DNA of 64,000 bases from an uncultured Phycisphaerales bacterium (GTDB lineage Bacteria; Planctomycetota; Phycisphaerae; Sedimentisphaerales; Anaerobacaceae): contig CAVYYI010000002.1 in NCBI GenBank assembly GCA_963772725.1, positions 430,894-494,893 of the forward strand, read 5' to 3'. Made by a program: the position numbers and the translations under genes. The notes below the pieces were generated by a model, which saw only the letters and a program-made list of their open reading frames with translations, searched no databases and was not told the DNA's origin. Positions 53,044-62,267 of the stretch are shown piece by piece (position 1 is the stretch's first letter; each line of letters starts with the position of its first letter).

Positions 53044-54485
53044 CTTATTACTCCCGGCAGCTGTTGAATAGCGGCTATCACAAAATCAGCGGGATAATAA
53101 ATTAAGATACCACCCGCCAGCGATAATGCCGCCAGAATCGCAACGCTGATTACCATTACAGGAGAACCCTCTCTTACAGGCTGAGTTTTCGGCTCTCCCA
53201 GAAAAACCATATTGAAAACCCTCAAGAGATATATGATTGTCAAAAACGCCCCTACCAGAAAAACCATCGTAATCCAGATGTTGCCGCTCTGAACCGCGCT
53301 CGTCATAACCATATACTTGCTGAAAAAGCCCCCGAATGGCGGAATACCCATTACCGAAAAAGCACACAAAAGAAACGCTGCCGCTGTAACAGGCATTGTT
53401 TTTATCAGCCCGCCAAGCTTAGTAATATCTTTTGTCTTTGTGTTCTGCTCAACGATACCGGCGCAAAGGAACAAACCGCCCTTTGCCAGGCCGTGCATCA
53501 TAATATACAGCAGCGCACCGGTAACTCCTATTTCATTGCCGATCGCCAATCCAAGAAAGATAAAACCTATCTGACTTACCGTGCTGTACGCGATGATTCG
53601 TTTAAGGTCGGTATCAATCATCGCCGCACCGGCCGACACAATCGCGCTTGCCGCCGCTATTGATGGCACAATAGTATGCCAGTTCGCGTCAATATTAAAT
53701 GTTGCGATAAACAATCGCGCGAATACATACACGCCAATTTTGACCAGTAATGCCGCGTGAAGCAGGGCGGTAACCGGAGATGGCGCAACGCCCGCATCCG
53801 GCAGCCATGTATGAAACGGCAGTGTCGCCGATTTGGAAAGTATCCCTGCCAGAATCAACACCACAGCCAGATTCGACAGCGGATTATTCAGCAATGCCCC
53901 TTTTATCTCGGAAATCTCAAAAGAGCCGGTCTGCTGATAAATACTGATAAAGCCAATCAGCATCAAAACCGACCCGAACATCGTTACCAGGAAAGCCTTG
54001 TCCGCACGGACAACATGCTGTTTTTCACGGAAAAAGCCGATTAAACGCCAGCTCGTTATCGCCGTGATTTCCCAGAACAGGTACAGAAATATCAGGTTGC
54101 CCGAAAAAACCAGCCCCATCATACCGCCGAAAAACAGCACAACCATCAGGTAATATTCATTTTGATTTTCGTAATGACTGATGTAGCCGAAGGAATAAAA
54201 AACGATTATCGCGCTTATCGACGCCGATACCAGCGCCATAAATACCGCCAAGCCGTCCGCGTAAAGCACCAGGTCATATATATTGCCGAAACTTACCCTG
54301 GCCGTTATCGTCTCGCCCGCAAGTACCCCCGGCAAAAGCAAAACCGTCAGTACCAGCGATACAAGTACAAAACCCAGCGCAAGATAATTCCTCAGCCGGA
54401 CCGACACACAATTTGCCGCCGGCAGTATAAACGCTCCGAAAACCGGAACAAACACCACTAAAAGAAGCATTAACTGATTTGGCAC
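53040..54485 (-). CDS. Antiporter-like subunit (MrpD/NuoL-M family)
   Basis: LYLFWE, KSATLPFHTWLP, PVTALLHAA, KRIIAYSTVSQ, GIPPFGGFFSK. Confidence 0.9.
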   Translation of the reverse strand: MPNQLMLLLVVFVPVFGAFILPAANCVSVRLRNYLALGFVLVSLVLTVLLLPGVLAGETITARVSFGNIYDLVLYADGLAVFMALVSASISAIIVFYSFGYISHYENQNEYYLMVVLFFGGMMGLVFSGNLIFLYLFWEITAITSWRLIGFFREKQHVVRADKAFLVTMFGSVLMLIGFISIYQQTGSFEISEIKGALLNNPLSNLAVVLILAGILSKSATLPFHTWLPDAGVAPSPVTALLHAALLVKIGVYVFARLFIATFNIDANWHTIVPSIAAASAIVSAGAAMIDTDLKRIIAYSTVSQIGFIFLGLAIGNEIGVTGALLYIMMHGLAKGGLFLCAGIVEQNTKTKDITKLGGLIKTMPVTAAAFLLCAFSVMGIPPFGGFFSKYMVMTSAVQSGNIWITMVFLVGAFLTIIYLLRVFNMVFLGEPKTQPVREGSPVMVISVAILAALSLAGGILIYYPADFVIAAIQQLPGVIR

Positions 54486-54587
54486 GTTCTTATCCTACTT
54501 AATGACTAACAGCCTTAGCATCCTGCAGGCCGATTTATGCCTTTTTACCAACACCTCTTGAACAACTTCACGTTAATAAAAACAGTA

Positions 54588-54616
54588 AGATTAACTTATA
54601 TTTCATATTACGTCAA
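54588..54616 (-). promoter_or_regulatory. Sigma70-type promoter of the hydrogenase operon
   Basis: TTGACG-N17-TAATCT on the minus strand. Confidence 0.55.
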
Positions 54617-54677
54617 TTGATATTTTGAATATTTTTTCAGGACAGTCTCATACCAAAAACAACAACAGCAGTTCGAT

Positions 54678-55229
54678 TCATTCCGCTTCATCTTCCAAAG
54701 CCTCCTTGAGAGCCTTTTCAAAATATGCGCTGGCCTCCTCGCGCCTAATCTGGCTATACGTCTTTATTTTATTTTCAGGAGAAAAAGAGGGGTTGCAATT
54801 ACCATTCTTTTCTTTCTTTTCATTCTTATAATTCTTGTTAGTCGTCGCTTGTTTGTCGTCTGTTCGTCTTTTGTTCGTCGGCTGATTGTCATTCTGTTTG
54901 TCGCTCGCATCGGCGTTAATATCATAAATGCCTGTTTCACATAGCTTTGCGATAGTGCCTCTGGTCGTCGTTCTGAATGTCGCAATTGACCACTTTTCCA
55001 GCCTGTCCTTGGCCGTTCTGTATCTTCTCGCCGTCATACCATAGTTTTCATAATCGCCCAGGAACGACTCTCCAACTTTCAGGTCAAAAACATTAAAGTC
55101 GCTATTCCTTCGGGCGCGAAACGCTATGACCGTTGCCAGCAAAAAGGTATCGGCATTTTTCATCAATTCGCGTGTCTTTTCCGTCCGCATCAGTTTTATA
55201 AAGCCGGTATTCATATTTTCGACCTCCAA
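54678..55229 (-). CDS. Phage-type replication initiator-like protein (wHTH N-domain + Thr/Asn/Lys-rich linker), orphan
   Basis: GFIKLMR, YRTAKDRL, TTTRGTIA..C...YD; internal iteron-like repeats. Confidence 0.6.
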   Translation of the reverse strand: MEVENMNTGFIKLMRTEKTRELMKNADTFLLATVIAFRARRNSDFNVFDLKVGESFLGDYENYGMTARRYRTAKDRLEKWSIATFRTTTRGTIAKLCETGIYDINADASDKQNDNQPTNKRRTDDKQATTNKNYKNEKKEKNGNCNPSFSPENKIKTYSQIRREEASAYFEKALKEALEDEAE

Positions 55230-55421
55230 ATCTTGTATCCGGTTAATTTGTCTCTCTATAAGTGCCCGTACCTGCGTTTTTGAATCGAAAATTTTGCCCT
55301 TTTTTGATGCCCTCGAGCTGTAAGTCCTTGTAAAATAAGGCTAAAAAAAATTTAAAATTCCGGTTTTTACTCTAAAACTACCTGTATTTTTGGTTGAAAT
55401 TTGTTAATCCGGGTAAGATTT

Positions 55422-55451
55422 TTAACACGCATTTTTCACCGCAGTTTCGCC
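55422..55451 (+). repeat. Direct repeat, left of the GLUG gene
   Basis: TTAACACGCATTTTTCACCGCAGTTTCGCC versus copy at 57735-57763. Confidence 0.75.
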
Positions 55452-55578
55452 GGGATACTGCTTTTTTTATAAACACTGATTAATAAAATATGAAAATCGA
55501 GCAGAAAAAACTTGTATTCTGTATCCGTTCGGGGTATAATGTTTATTTCTTTGTGAGAAAGACCCGAGGAGACCAAAA

Positions 55579-57738
55579 GTGAAAACAAAAGCGGCATTGA
55601 TACTTTACATCGCAGCCATAATAATCCTTTACTGTGGTAATCCTCTCATCGCATACAGCGGCGGGACAGGCGAACCGAATGACCCATACCAAATCGCCTC
55701 AAAGGCGGATTTACTGGCTTTGGCCGCCGATACTAACGATTACAGTAAATGCTTTATCCTTACAGCCGATGTAAATATGGAAGGTCAGGTCTTTACAAAA
55801 GCAATAATCGCCCCGGATACAAGTTCGAGCGGCGGTTTTCAGGGAACGGCCTTTACAGGAACCTTTGACGGCAACGACTATAAGGTCACTAATTTTACTA
55901 TAAACGGCGGGAGTAATTTCTATCTTGGTTTATTTGGGCAAATCAATTCTGGTGGTTCTGTCAAGAATATCGGCCTTGAGAATTGTACTATTAGTAGTTA
56001 CAACTATTCTGGTTATGTAGGCAGTTTGGTGGGAAAAAACAGCGGTAGTATCGACAATTGCTATTCGACCGGTACACTAAACGGTATGAATGTAAATGTA
56101 GGAGGTCTTGCAGGATACAATGACGGCATTATCAGCAATTGCTATGCGACAGGTTCGATTAGCAGTTTTGTTGATGTTGGCGGACTGGTCGGAGTTAATA
56201 GCGGCGGCAGTATCCGCAATTGCTATGCTACAGGTTCGGTCAGGGCTAGTTGTGCAGGTGGACTGGTAGGACGCAATAGCAGCAACTTAAACACCGTTAG
56301 CGGCAGTATCAACAACTGCTATTCAACGGGTTCAATTAGCTGTTCTACCATCTACGGTTCTACAAGCATGGGCGGTCTGGTGGGATGGAACCAACAATGC
56401 AGTATCAGCAATTGCTATTCTATGAGTGCTGTCAGCGGAGATTCTAATGTAGGCGGTCTAGTAGGGGGCAACAGCGGGAGTATTAGCAATTGTTATTCGG
56501 GAGGTGCGGTCAGCGGGACTTCCAAATTCGGCGGGCTGGTGGGAGACAACAACGGTAATGTTATCAGAAGTTTTTGGGATAAACAGACTTCCGGTCAATC
56601 GACCAGCGCCGGCGGGGAAGGAAAAACCACTGCTGAATTGCAGGATGTCAACACCTTTCTGAGCGAGGGATGGGATTTTATAAATGAAAAAGATAATGGA
56701 ATCTGTAATTACTGGCAAATGACGCAAGGCGGCGGCTATCCGGTACTTTCGACTTTTAACGGGTATATACCGCCGGAGCCTCTTGGCAGCGGAACGGAAG
56801 AAGACCCTTATATAATAGTTGATGCCAATGATTTGGGGACGGTTTGGTTTCGGCCTTTAGCATATTATAAACTCGTAAATAATATTAATCTTGCGGGAAT
56901 TGAGTGGTCTATGGCGATGATACCGGTGTTTAGCGGGGTTTTTGATGGAAACGGTTTTTGCATAAGAAATCTTTACATAAATGGCGGTTCCTATCTCGGT
57001 TTATTTGGCTACTTCTACGGGTCGGTTAAGAATCTTGGTCTTGAGAATTACTTGGCAAGCGGTTCTTCTAATTCTTATTGTGTAGGCGGTCTGGTTGGAT
57101 ATAACAAGGGCGGCAGTATCACTATTTGCTATTCAACCGGTGCGGGCAGCGGTTCTTCTAATTCTCAATGTATTGGTGGATTGGTGGGATATAGTAACAG
57201 CGGTAGTATTACAAATTGTTATTCATGTGGCACTATCAACGGTTCTTCTACAGTTGGAGGTCTGGTGGGATACAAGACCGGTAGTATCAACAATTGTTAT
57301 TCGACTGTCAATGTCAGCGGTTCTTCTTTTGTCGGCGGTCTGGTGGGAGGCAATGGTGCCGGCAGTATTAGAAACAGTTTCTGGGATACGGAAACCAGCA
57401 ACCAAACAATTGGCACTGGTTATGGTTCGTCCTACGGAATAACGGGATTAAGTACATTACAGATGAAGCAGCAGGCGTCATTTACGGGGTGGGATTTTAC
57501 GACTATATGGGCGATTTGTGAAGGGACGAATTATCCGCGGCTTTTGTGGCAGATACCGGCGGCGGACTGGGTCTGTCCTGACGGCGTTAATACCGAAGAC
57601 CTGGGTTACTTTGCGGGGCGGTGGCTGGAAAGCGATTGTGACACATCGAATAACTGCGGCGGAACAGATATAGATGTTTCCCACACGGTTGATTTCGTTG
57701 ACTTTGCTCTATTCGCCTCATACTGGCTAAATGATTAA
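55579..57738 (+). CDS. Secreted GLUG-repeat protein (two modules) with dockerin/EF-hand-like C-terminus
   Basis: Signal peptide, GTGEPNDPYQI and GSGTEEDPYII, many GGLVGxN..I.NCY repeats, DGVNTEDL..DFVDFALFASYWL. Confidence 0.88.
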   Translation: MKTKAALILYIAAIIILYCGNPLIAYSGGTGEPNDPYQIASKADLLALAADTNDYSKCFILTADVNMEGQVFTKAIIAPDTSSSGGFQGTAFTGTFDGNDYKVTNFTINGGSNFYLGLFGQINSGGSVKNIGLENCTISSYNYSGYVGSLVGKNSGSIDNCYSTGTLNGMNVNVGGLAGYNDGIISNCYATGSISSFVDVGGLVGVNSGGSIRNCYATGSVRASCAGGLVGRNSSNLNTVSGSINNCYSTGSISCSTIYGSTSMGGLVGWNQQCSISNCYSMSAVSGDSNVGGLVGGNSGSISNCYSGGAVSGTSKFGGLVGDNNGNVIRSFWDKQTSGQSTSAGGEGKTTAELQDVNTFLSEGWDFINEKDNGICNYWQMTQGGGYPVLSTFNGYIPPEPLGSGTEEDPYIIVDANDLGTVWFRPLAYYKLVNNINLAGIEWSMAMIPVFSGVFDGNGFCIRNLYINGGSYLGLFGYFYGSVKNLGLENYLASGSSNSYCVGGLVGYNKGGSITICYSTGAGSGSSNSQCIGGLVGYSNSGSITNCYSCGTINGSSTVGGLVGYKTGSINNCYSTVNVSGSSFVGGLVGGNGAGSIRNSFWDTETSNQTIGTGYGSSYGITGLSTLQMKQQASFTGWDFTTIWAICEGTNYPRLLWQIPAADWVCPDGVNTEDLGYFAGRWLESDCDTSNNCGGTDIDVSHTVDFVDFALFASYWLND

Positions 57739-57763
57739 CCCGCATTTTTCACCGCAGTTCGCC
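57735..57763 (+). repeat. Direct repeat, right of the GLUG gene (includes its stop codon)
   Basis: TTAACCCGCATTTTTCACCGCAGTTCGCC. Confidence 0.75.
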
Positions 57764-58031
57764 AAGAGCGCAGAGATAACAAGATATATAAAATGTTCGA
57801 CATTTTTTAAATTTTCGTAACCACTTGATTCCCAAAGCCTTATAAAATGACTGTTTTCATGAAATTTGAGGATAACAAGCCCTTTGGTTGTAGCTTGGTT
57901 GTAGCTAATTTTGCCTACATAATTTACAAAAACACACATCTTGTTGTTAAATATCTTAGATTCCACTTGCCTAAATTATGTCCATATTATATAATCTTAC
58001 TGGTAAGATTATTATTTTAAAAAGGTGTATT

Positions 58032-58298
58032 ATGATAGCAAATGTGGCTACAACAAAAATGTCCTCTAAAGGACAAGTCGTAATTCCGGAGAGTATCCGA
58101 AAGACACTCGGCTTAGAGAATGGATGTCAATTTCTTGTGTTAGGTGAAAAAGACTCTGTCATCCTAAAAACAATTTCTGCCCCTTCAAAGAAAGAGTTTA
58201 GCAGTTTGATTACCAATGCCCGTAAAGAAGCCAAAAAGTCTGGCTTAGAACCCAAAGATATTTCAGAAGCCGTTGCTAAAGTTCGAGGCAGGAAGTGA
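58032..58298 (+). CDS. AbrB/MazE/SpoVT family antitoxin
   Basis: TKMSSKGQVVIPESIRKTLGL; overlaps the toxin start. Confidence 0.88.
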   Translation: MIANVATTKMSSKGQVVIPESIRKTLGLENGCQFLVLGEKDSVILKTISAPSKKEFSSLITNARKEAKKSGLEPKDISEAVAKVRGRK

Positions 58299-58723
58299 AA
58301 ATAACTAAAGTTGTGATTGATACGAATGTTTTTGTTTCTGGCATCTTTTTCAGTGGGCCGCCATACCAAATTCTCAAGGCATGGGAAGATGACCAAATTC
58401 AAATCGCTGTATCAGAGGAGATAATTGGAGAATACAAACGAGTTGCCGATATCCTTGCAACCAAATATGAACATATTGATATTGGCCCTATCATAGAACT
58501 ACTCCTTATCGAGGCTGAGTTTGTTCCTTCTTATTCCTTTAAAGAGCCTGTCTGTGAAGACCAAGATGACGATAAATTCCTGGCTTGTGCGGTTGCCTCG
58601 AAAAGCAAGTATATTATAAGCGGCGACAAGCATTTGCTTAAAATAGGCAAGTACTTAAATACGAATATCGTTACTCCACGATATTTTCTTGAACATCTAC
58701 TCTCCAGAACAGACATGGAGTGA
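58295..58723 (+). CDS. PIN-domain toxin
   Basis: VVIDTNVFVSG, E, DQDDDKFL, ISGDKHLL. Confidence 0.9.
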   Translation: MKITKVVIDTNVFVSGIFFSGPPYQILKAWEDDQIQIAVSEEIIGEYKRVADILATKYEHIDIGPIIELLLIEAEFVPSYSFKEPVCEDQDDDKFLACAVASKSKYIISGDKHLLKIGKYLNTNIVTPRYFLEHLLSRTDME

Positions 58724-58912
58724 AATTTTTCCCCAAGCACAAAAAGCGTTTTGTTGCCACATTGTTAATCTTTTCATCGAAGCATATTATTGGGGGGCGC
58801 CAAAAAAACGGAACTGGGATACAGGTTGGTATTTTTGTGCTATCTTAACTAAAACTCTATATCACACATTCAATCTATATTTATAGTAGCCTTCGGATAT
58901 ATAAAACTTATA

Positions 58913-58990
58913 TAACCACGAATGAACACAAATAAACACAATCATAAAGAAAGTTTGTTTAAGATTAAAATCTGTGTTAACTCGTGCTAC
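58913..58990. repeat. 9-nt-period intergenic repeat element with inverted partner
   Basis: TAACCACGAATGAACACAAATAAACACAAT ... AATCTGTGTTAACTCGTG. Confidence 0.65.
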
Positions 58991-59237
58991 ATAGCGAAAC
59001 ACTTCGCAGAGCAACGTCAGCGTTTATAAAAAGCGTAGAGCGGATAGCGTGAAGCAGTTTTTTCGGGATACGAGCAGCGAGCGACGAAAAATGTTCTCTT
59101 TTGATTATTTTGTTCGGATACACCAAAATAATACTTGAAAAGCGTTCACAACTGCGTAAACTGTTGTATTTTTATTCAGGTTTTTCTGTAAAGGCGTAAT
59201 TTATCAAATTTTTTTAGTTTTTTTTGGTGAGGATTTT

Positions 59238-61813
59238 ATGAAAAAAATCTCGTTGGTAATGGTACTGGCTGTAGGTATTTTATTAACAGCTTTATGGTCG
59301 TTCGCGGGCGGGGCGCCCCAACTCTTGGAGAACCGCCGGCAGCTATTCAGGCTGCTCCCGCGGCGGCGGCTGAACATCTCGAAAAAATCACACTCCTTGA
59401 GCCGCTGGTCAGCAGTAAATACGCTCTCTATGAAAAAATAGCGCTTATAACAAACGTCTTTATCGCGCTGGCAGGCCTGATTTACGCTCTTCTTCTTGTT
59501 AAACAGGTCAGAGAGGCCGACCAGGGCACAAAAAAAATGCAGGAAATCGCACAGGCTGTCCGCGAAGGCGCAAACGCATATCTCTATCGCCAGTTTCGCG
59601 TTGTCGGTGTGTTAATTGTGCTTATCACCATTGTCTTGTTCTTCGCCGCGAAAGCCTCCGGGTGCCGCATGGAAATTTCCTGGGGCCGCGCCATTTCGTT
59701 CCTGATTGGCTCAACGTTTTCCGCGACCGTTGGTTTTGTCGGAATGAGATTAGCAACCGTCGGTAACCTGCGAGTTGCCGCCGCTGCCAAGACAAGTTTC
59801 GGCCGTGCCCTTCAGCTCGGTTATCGAACCGGAACAATTACCGGTATGCTCACCGATGGACTCGGCCTTTTAGGCGGCTCCATCATATTCCTTGTTTACG
59901 GCGAACACGCTTATGAAGCATTGCTCGGTTTCGGTTTCGGCGGTACGCTGCTGGCCCTGTTTATGCGAGTCGGCGGCGGTATCTATACTAAAGCCGCTGA
60001 CGTCGGCGCGGACCTGGTTGGAAAAATCGAGGCGGGCATCCCGGAAGACGACCCAAGAAATGCCGCCACTATCGCTGACAACGTAGGCGACAACGTCGGT
60101 GACTGTGCCGGTATGGCTGCCGACATTTTCGAGAGTTACGAAGTAACAATCGTAGCGGCCATGATTCTCGGTCTGGCAAGTTTCGGACATAAGGGCGTTA
60201 TCTTCCCCCTGCTTGTTCGCGCCATCGGCGTTATAGCGAGCATCATCAGCACATATTGCGTCCGCGCAGGCGACAAAGGCAGCGTCGCGGGTGCTATGAA
60301 AAGCGTCAATCGCGGTTTCATTATCGGCTCAACTATCAGCGTCATAGGCTTCCTTGTCCTGGGCTTTTTGTACTTCAGATTCGACCCAAGCTATCCCAAC
60401 TACGAATTAATCAAACCTTATATAACTAACCTGCCTTACTGGGCAAACCTGGGAATCGAGGGTCTCGATATGAGACCAGCATGGACATGCCTGATTGGAA
60501 TTGTTCTGGCGGTTATGCTCAATAAATGCACCGAATACTTCACCGGCACAGAATTCTCACCCGTTAAAAGCCTTGTCAAATCCTGCAAAACCGGACACGC
60601 CACAAATATCATTCAGGGTTTTGCCGTCGGTTATGAAAGCAGCGTTTTCGCGGTGATGATTATCGCGGGCGCAATTATGGCCAGTGTTCTGATTTACGGA
60701 AACACCAACGCCACATTTATCGCGTACGGTGTCGCGATGTGCGGCATAGGTATGCTCACCCTGACAGGCAACACTATTTCGATGGACGTTTTTGGCCCGG
60801 TCGCGGATAACGCCAACGGTATCGGTGAAATGGGTTACGACAAAGCGGAAATGGGCGAAGCTAATTACAAGACCGCTCGCCAGATACTTGCCGACCTCGA
60901 CGCGGTGGGTAATACAACAAAGGCTATTACAAAGGGTATCGCCATCGGCTCAGCAGTTATCGCCGCGGTATCGCTTTTCAACAGCTTCATCGTCTCGGTC
61001 GGCTCAGGCGGTCAGGGCGAAACAGCGGGCATCTCACGCGAAATGTACGCCGTCGTGGCAGCGATGCTTACAATTTCCGACCCGATGCTCTTTGTCGGTA
61101 TGTTAATCGGTGGTGCCGTCCCGTTCCTCTTTAGCTCAATGACCATCCGTGCGGTCGGCAGAGCCGCGTATCTTATTGTAAATGAATGCCGACTCCAGTT
61201 CCGTGATAAGGCCATCTGGGAAGGAACCAAAAAACCCGATTACGGACGCGTCGTTGATATTTGCACCGCTTCAGCTCAAAAAGAGCTTATAGGCCCCGGC
61301 CTGCTGGCGATGCTTATGCCAGTCCTTGTCGGATTCGGACTGGGCGTTATCGCTCTTGCCGGATTCCTGGGCGGTATGATTGTTACCGGACAATTACTCG
61401 CCGTTTTTATGGCTAACGCAGGCGGCGCATGGGACAACGCGAAGAAAACCGTTGAGGATGAACCTCGCGACCTAAAGGCCAACACCGGCAAAGGAAGCGA
61501 AAAGCACAAAGCCAGCGTTACCGGCGACACAGTCGGCGACCCGCTCAAGGATACCGCAGGCCCGGCAATCAATCCTCTGATTAAGGTTATGAATATGGTC
61601 AGTCTGCTGATTATCGGCCTGATTCTGCCTTACGACAAAACTGTCCTGAAAATACTTGAAAAACAAGGTGTCGTCGTTTCAGGCAAAAGCCTCGATGCTC
61701 TCTTCTGGACGGTCATCATCGTTGGCCTCATCGGCCTGGTCTGGGCTGTCTGGCAGTCTAAACGTGAAACTGAAGAAATGAAAGAGATGGAAAAAATCAC
61801 CGGTGCTGAATAA
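59238..61813 (+). CDS. hppA: Membrane-bound pyrophosphatase, predicted K+-independent H+-PPase (frameshift near 59320)
   Basis: GGGIYTKAADVGADLVGKIE, EDDPRN, DNVGDNVGD, GNTTKA, GDTVGDPLKDTAGP. Confidence 0.93.
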
Positions 61814-61849
61814 CTAAAATATCCATCTGTAAATTTATCTGTAAACCTC

Positions 61850-61881
61850 GCGGGGACACAAGATTGTGTCCCCGCTTTCTT
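61850..61881 (+). terminator. Intrinsic terminator of hppA
   Basis: GCGGGGACACA/TGTGTCCCCGC plus TTTCTT. Confidence 0.75.
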
Positions 61882-62160
61882 ATCATTCCCCACAATCGAG
61901 ATACCTTTCACAAGATACGAACGACTATTTTACCCTCACGGAGGAGAAATAATATCTGCTTATAAATTAATTAAATTCAATGGTGAATATCGATTGCTTG
62001 ATAAATTCGATAACGATTTCGGTTTGAAAACATTAGGTTTCGCTAAGGTCTCTGTTATTCCCAAAAATTAAATCCGGATATAGTAAATATTCAGCGGGTC
62101 TGTTCATTTAACTGCCTGCGATGCGCCTTAGCTGGAAATTTCTAAAAAAAATCCACATTA

Positions 62161-62199
62161 AACCCGTTAGATGGCCAGCTTCGCCTATCTAACGGGTTT
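62161..62199 (-). terminator. Hairpin downstream of pckG
   Basis: AAACCCGTTAGAT/ATCTAACGGGTTT. Confidence 0.6.
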
Positions 62200-62267
62200 A
62201 GTTTGCGGTTAAATAATTATTTTTAATCTCTGCGTTCTCTGTGCCCTCGGTGGTAAAAAAACGCTGG

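Noticed and set aside
44627..54485. Respiratory complex I (nuo) or Mrp antiporter operon
   Set aside because: Large subunit retains all four Ni-binding Cys and a maturation protease is encoded; no NuoEFG or MrpEFG-like genes seen
57770..57960. Integron attC site between the GLUG gene and the TA pair
   Set aside because: GTTAAAT is present but there is no properly complementary RYYYAAC box and no integrase
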